Shown: in pieces, positions 63,927 through 64,000 of the stretch
Numbering within the stretch: position 1 is the stretch's first letter
How the letters are laid out: every line of letters starts with the position of its first letter
DNA from: an uncultured virus (IMG/VR IMGVR_UViG_3300037067_011443)
Lineage: Duplodnaviria > Heunggongvirae > Uroviricota > Caudoviricetes
Reading direction: 5' to 3' (one strand)
IMG/VR virus record: IMGVR_UViG_3300037067_011443
Length of the DNA stretch: 64,000 bases
Translations under genes and position numbers: made by a program
Notes under the pieces: generated by a model
Databases searched by the model: none
Told to the model about the DNA's origin: nothing
Seen by the model: the letters and a program-made list of their open reading frames with translations, nothing else

Positions 63927-64000
63927 TATTGACAGGGAGGTCTTGAGCATGAAAAAATATATAATTGCTGAAATTGAAAATAGTTGTACTAATAGAATTG

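Overview
Very AT-rich fragment of a large SPbeta-like (YonO RNA polymerase-encoding) Firmicutes phage, probably clostridial and possibly a phage-plasmid. Positions 1-52.7 kb are coded on the minus strand. In transcription order they carry a tyrosine recombinase, a Rep-like gene, UvrD helicase, single-subunit RNAP, PIN-PhoH, HU (IS-interrupted), holin, tRNA-Met, Hsp20, phosphoesterase, terminase, portal, ferritin, prohead protease, capsid, head-tail and tail-tube genes, a tail fibre, an agr-like cassette and a RusA-like resolvase. After a 100-N scaffold gap (53130-53229), a plus-strand early region carries many small ORFs, sigmaA promoters and repeated intergenic hairpins. Main observations: (1) an agr-like cassette with AgrB, a kinase-less membrane protein and an unannotated, leaderless, Cys-free 22-aa peptide (MGLWWFFG-basic tail) that might yield a head-to-tail cyclic peptide; (2) a 3.1-kb IS200/IS605 element with cargo genes between tnpA and tnpB, plus a 295-bp gene-less derivative 48 kb away that places a second omegaRNA under its own promoter; (3) a perfect parS site, a lox-like recombinase site and Spo0A-box-like repeats; (4) a ferritin gene inside the head module. 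All functional calls come from motif recognition and synteny by eye; no database searches were run.
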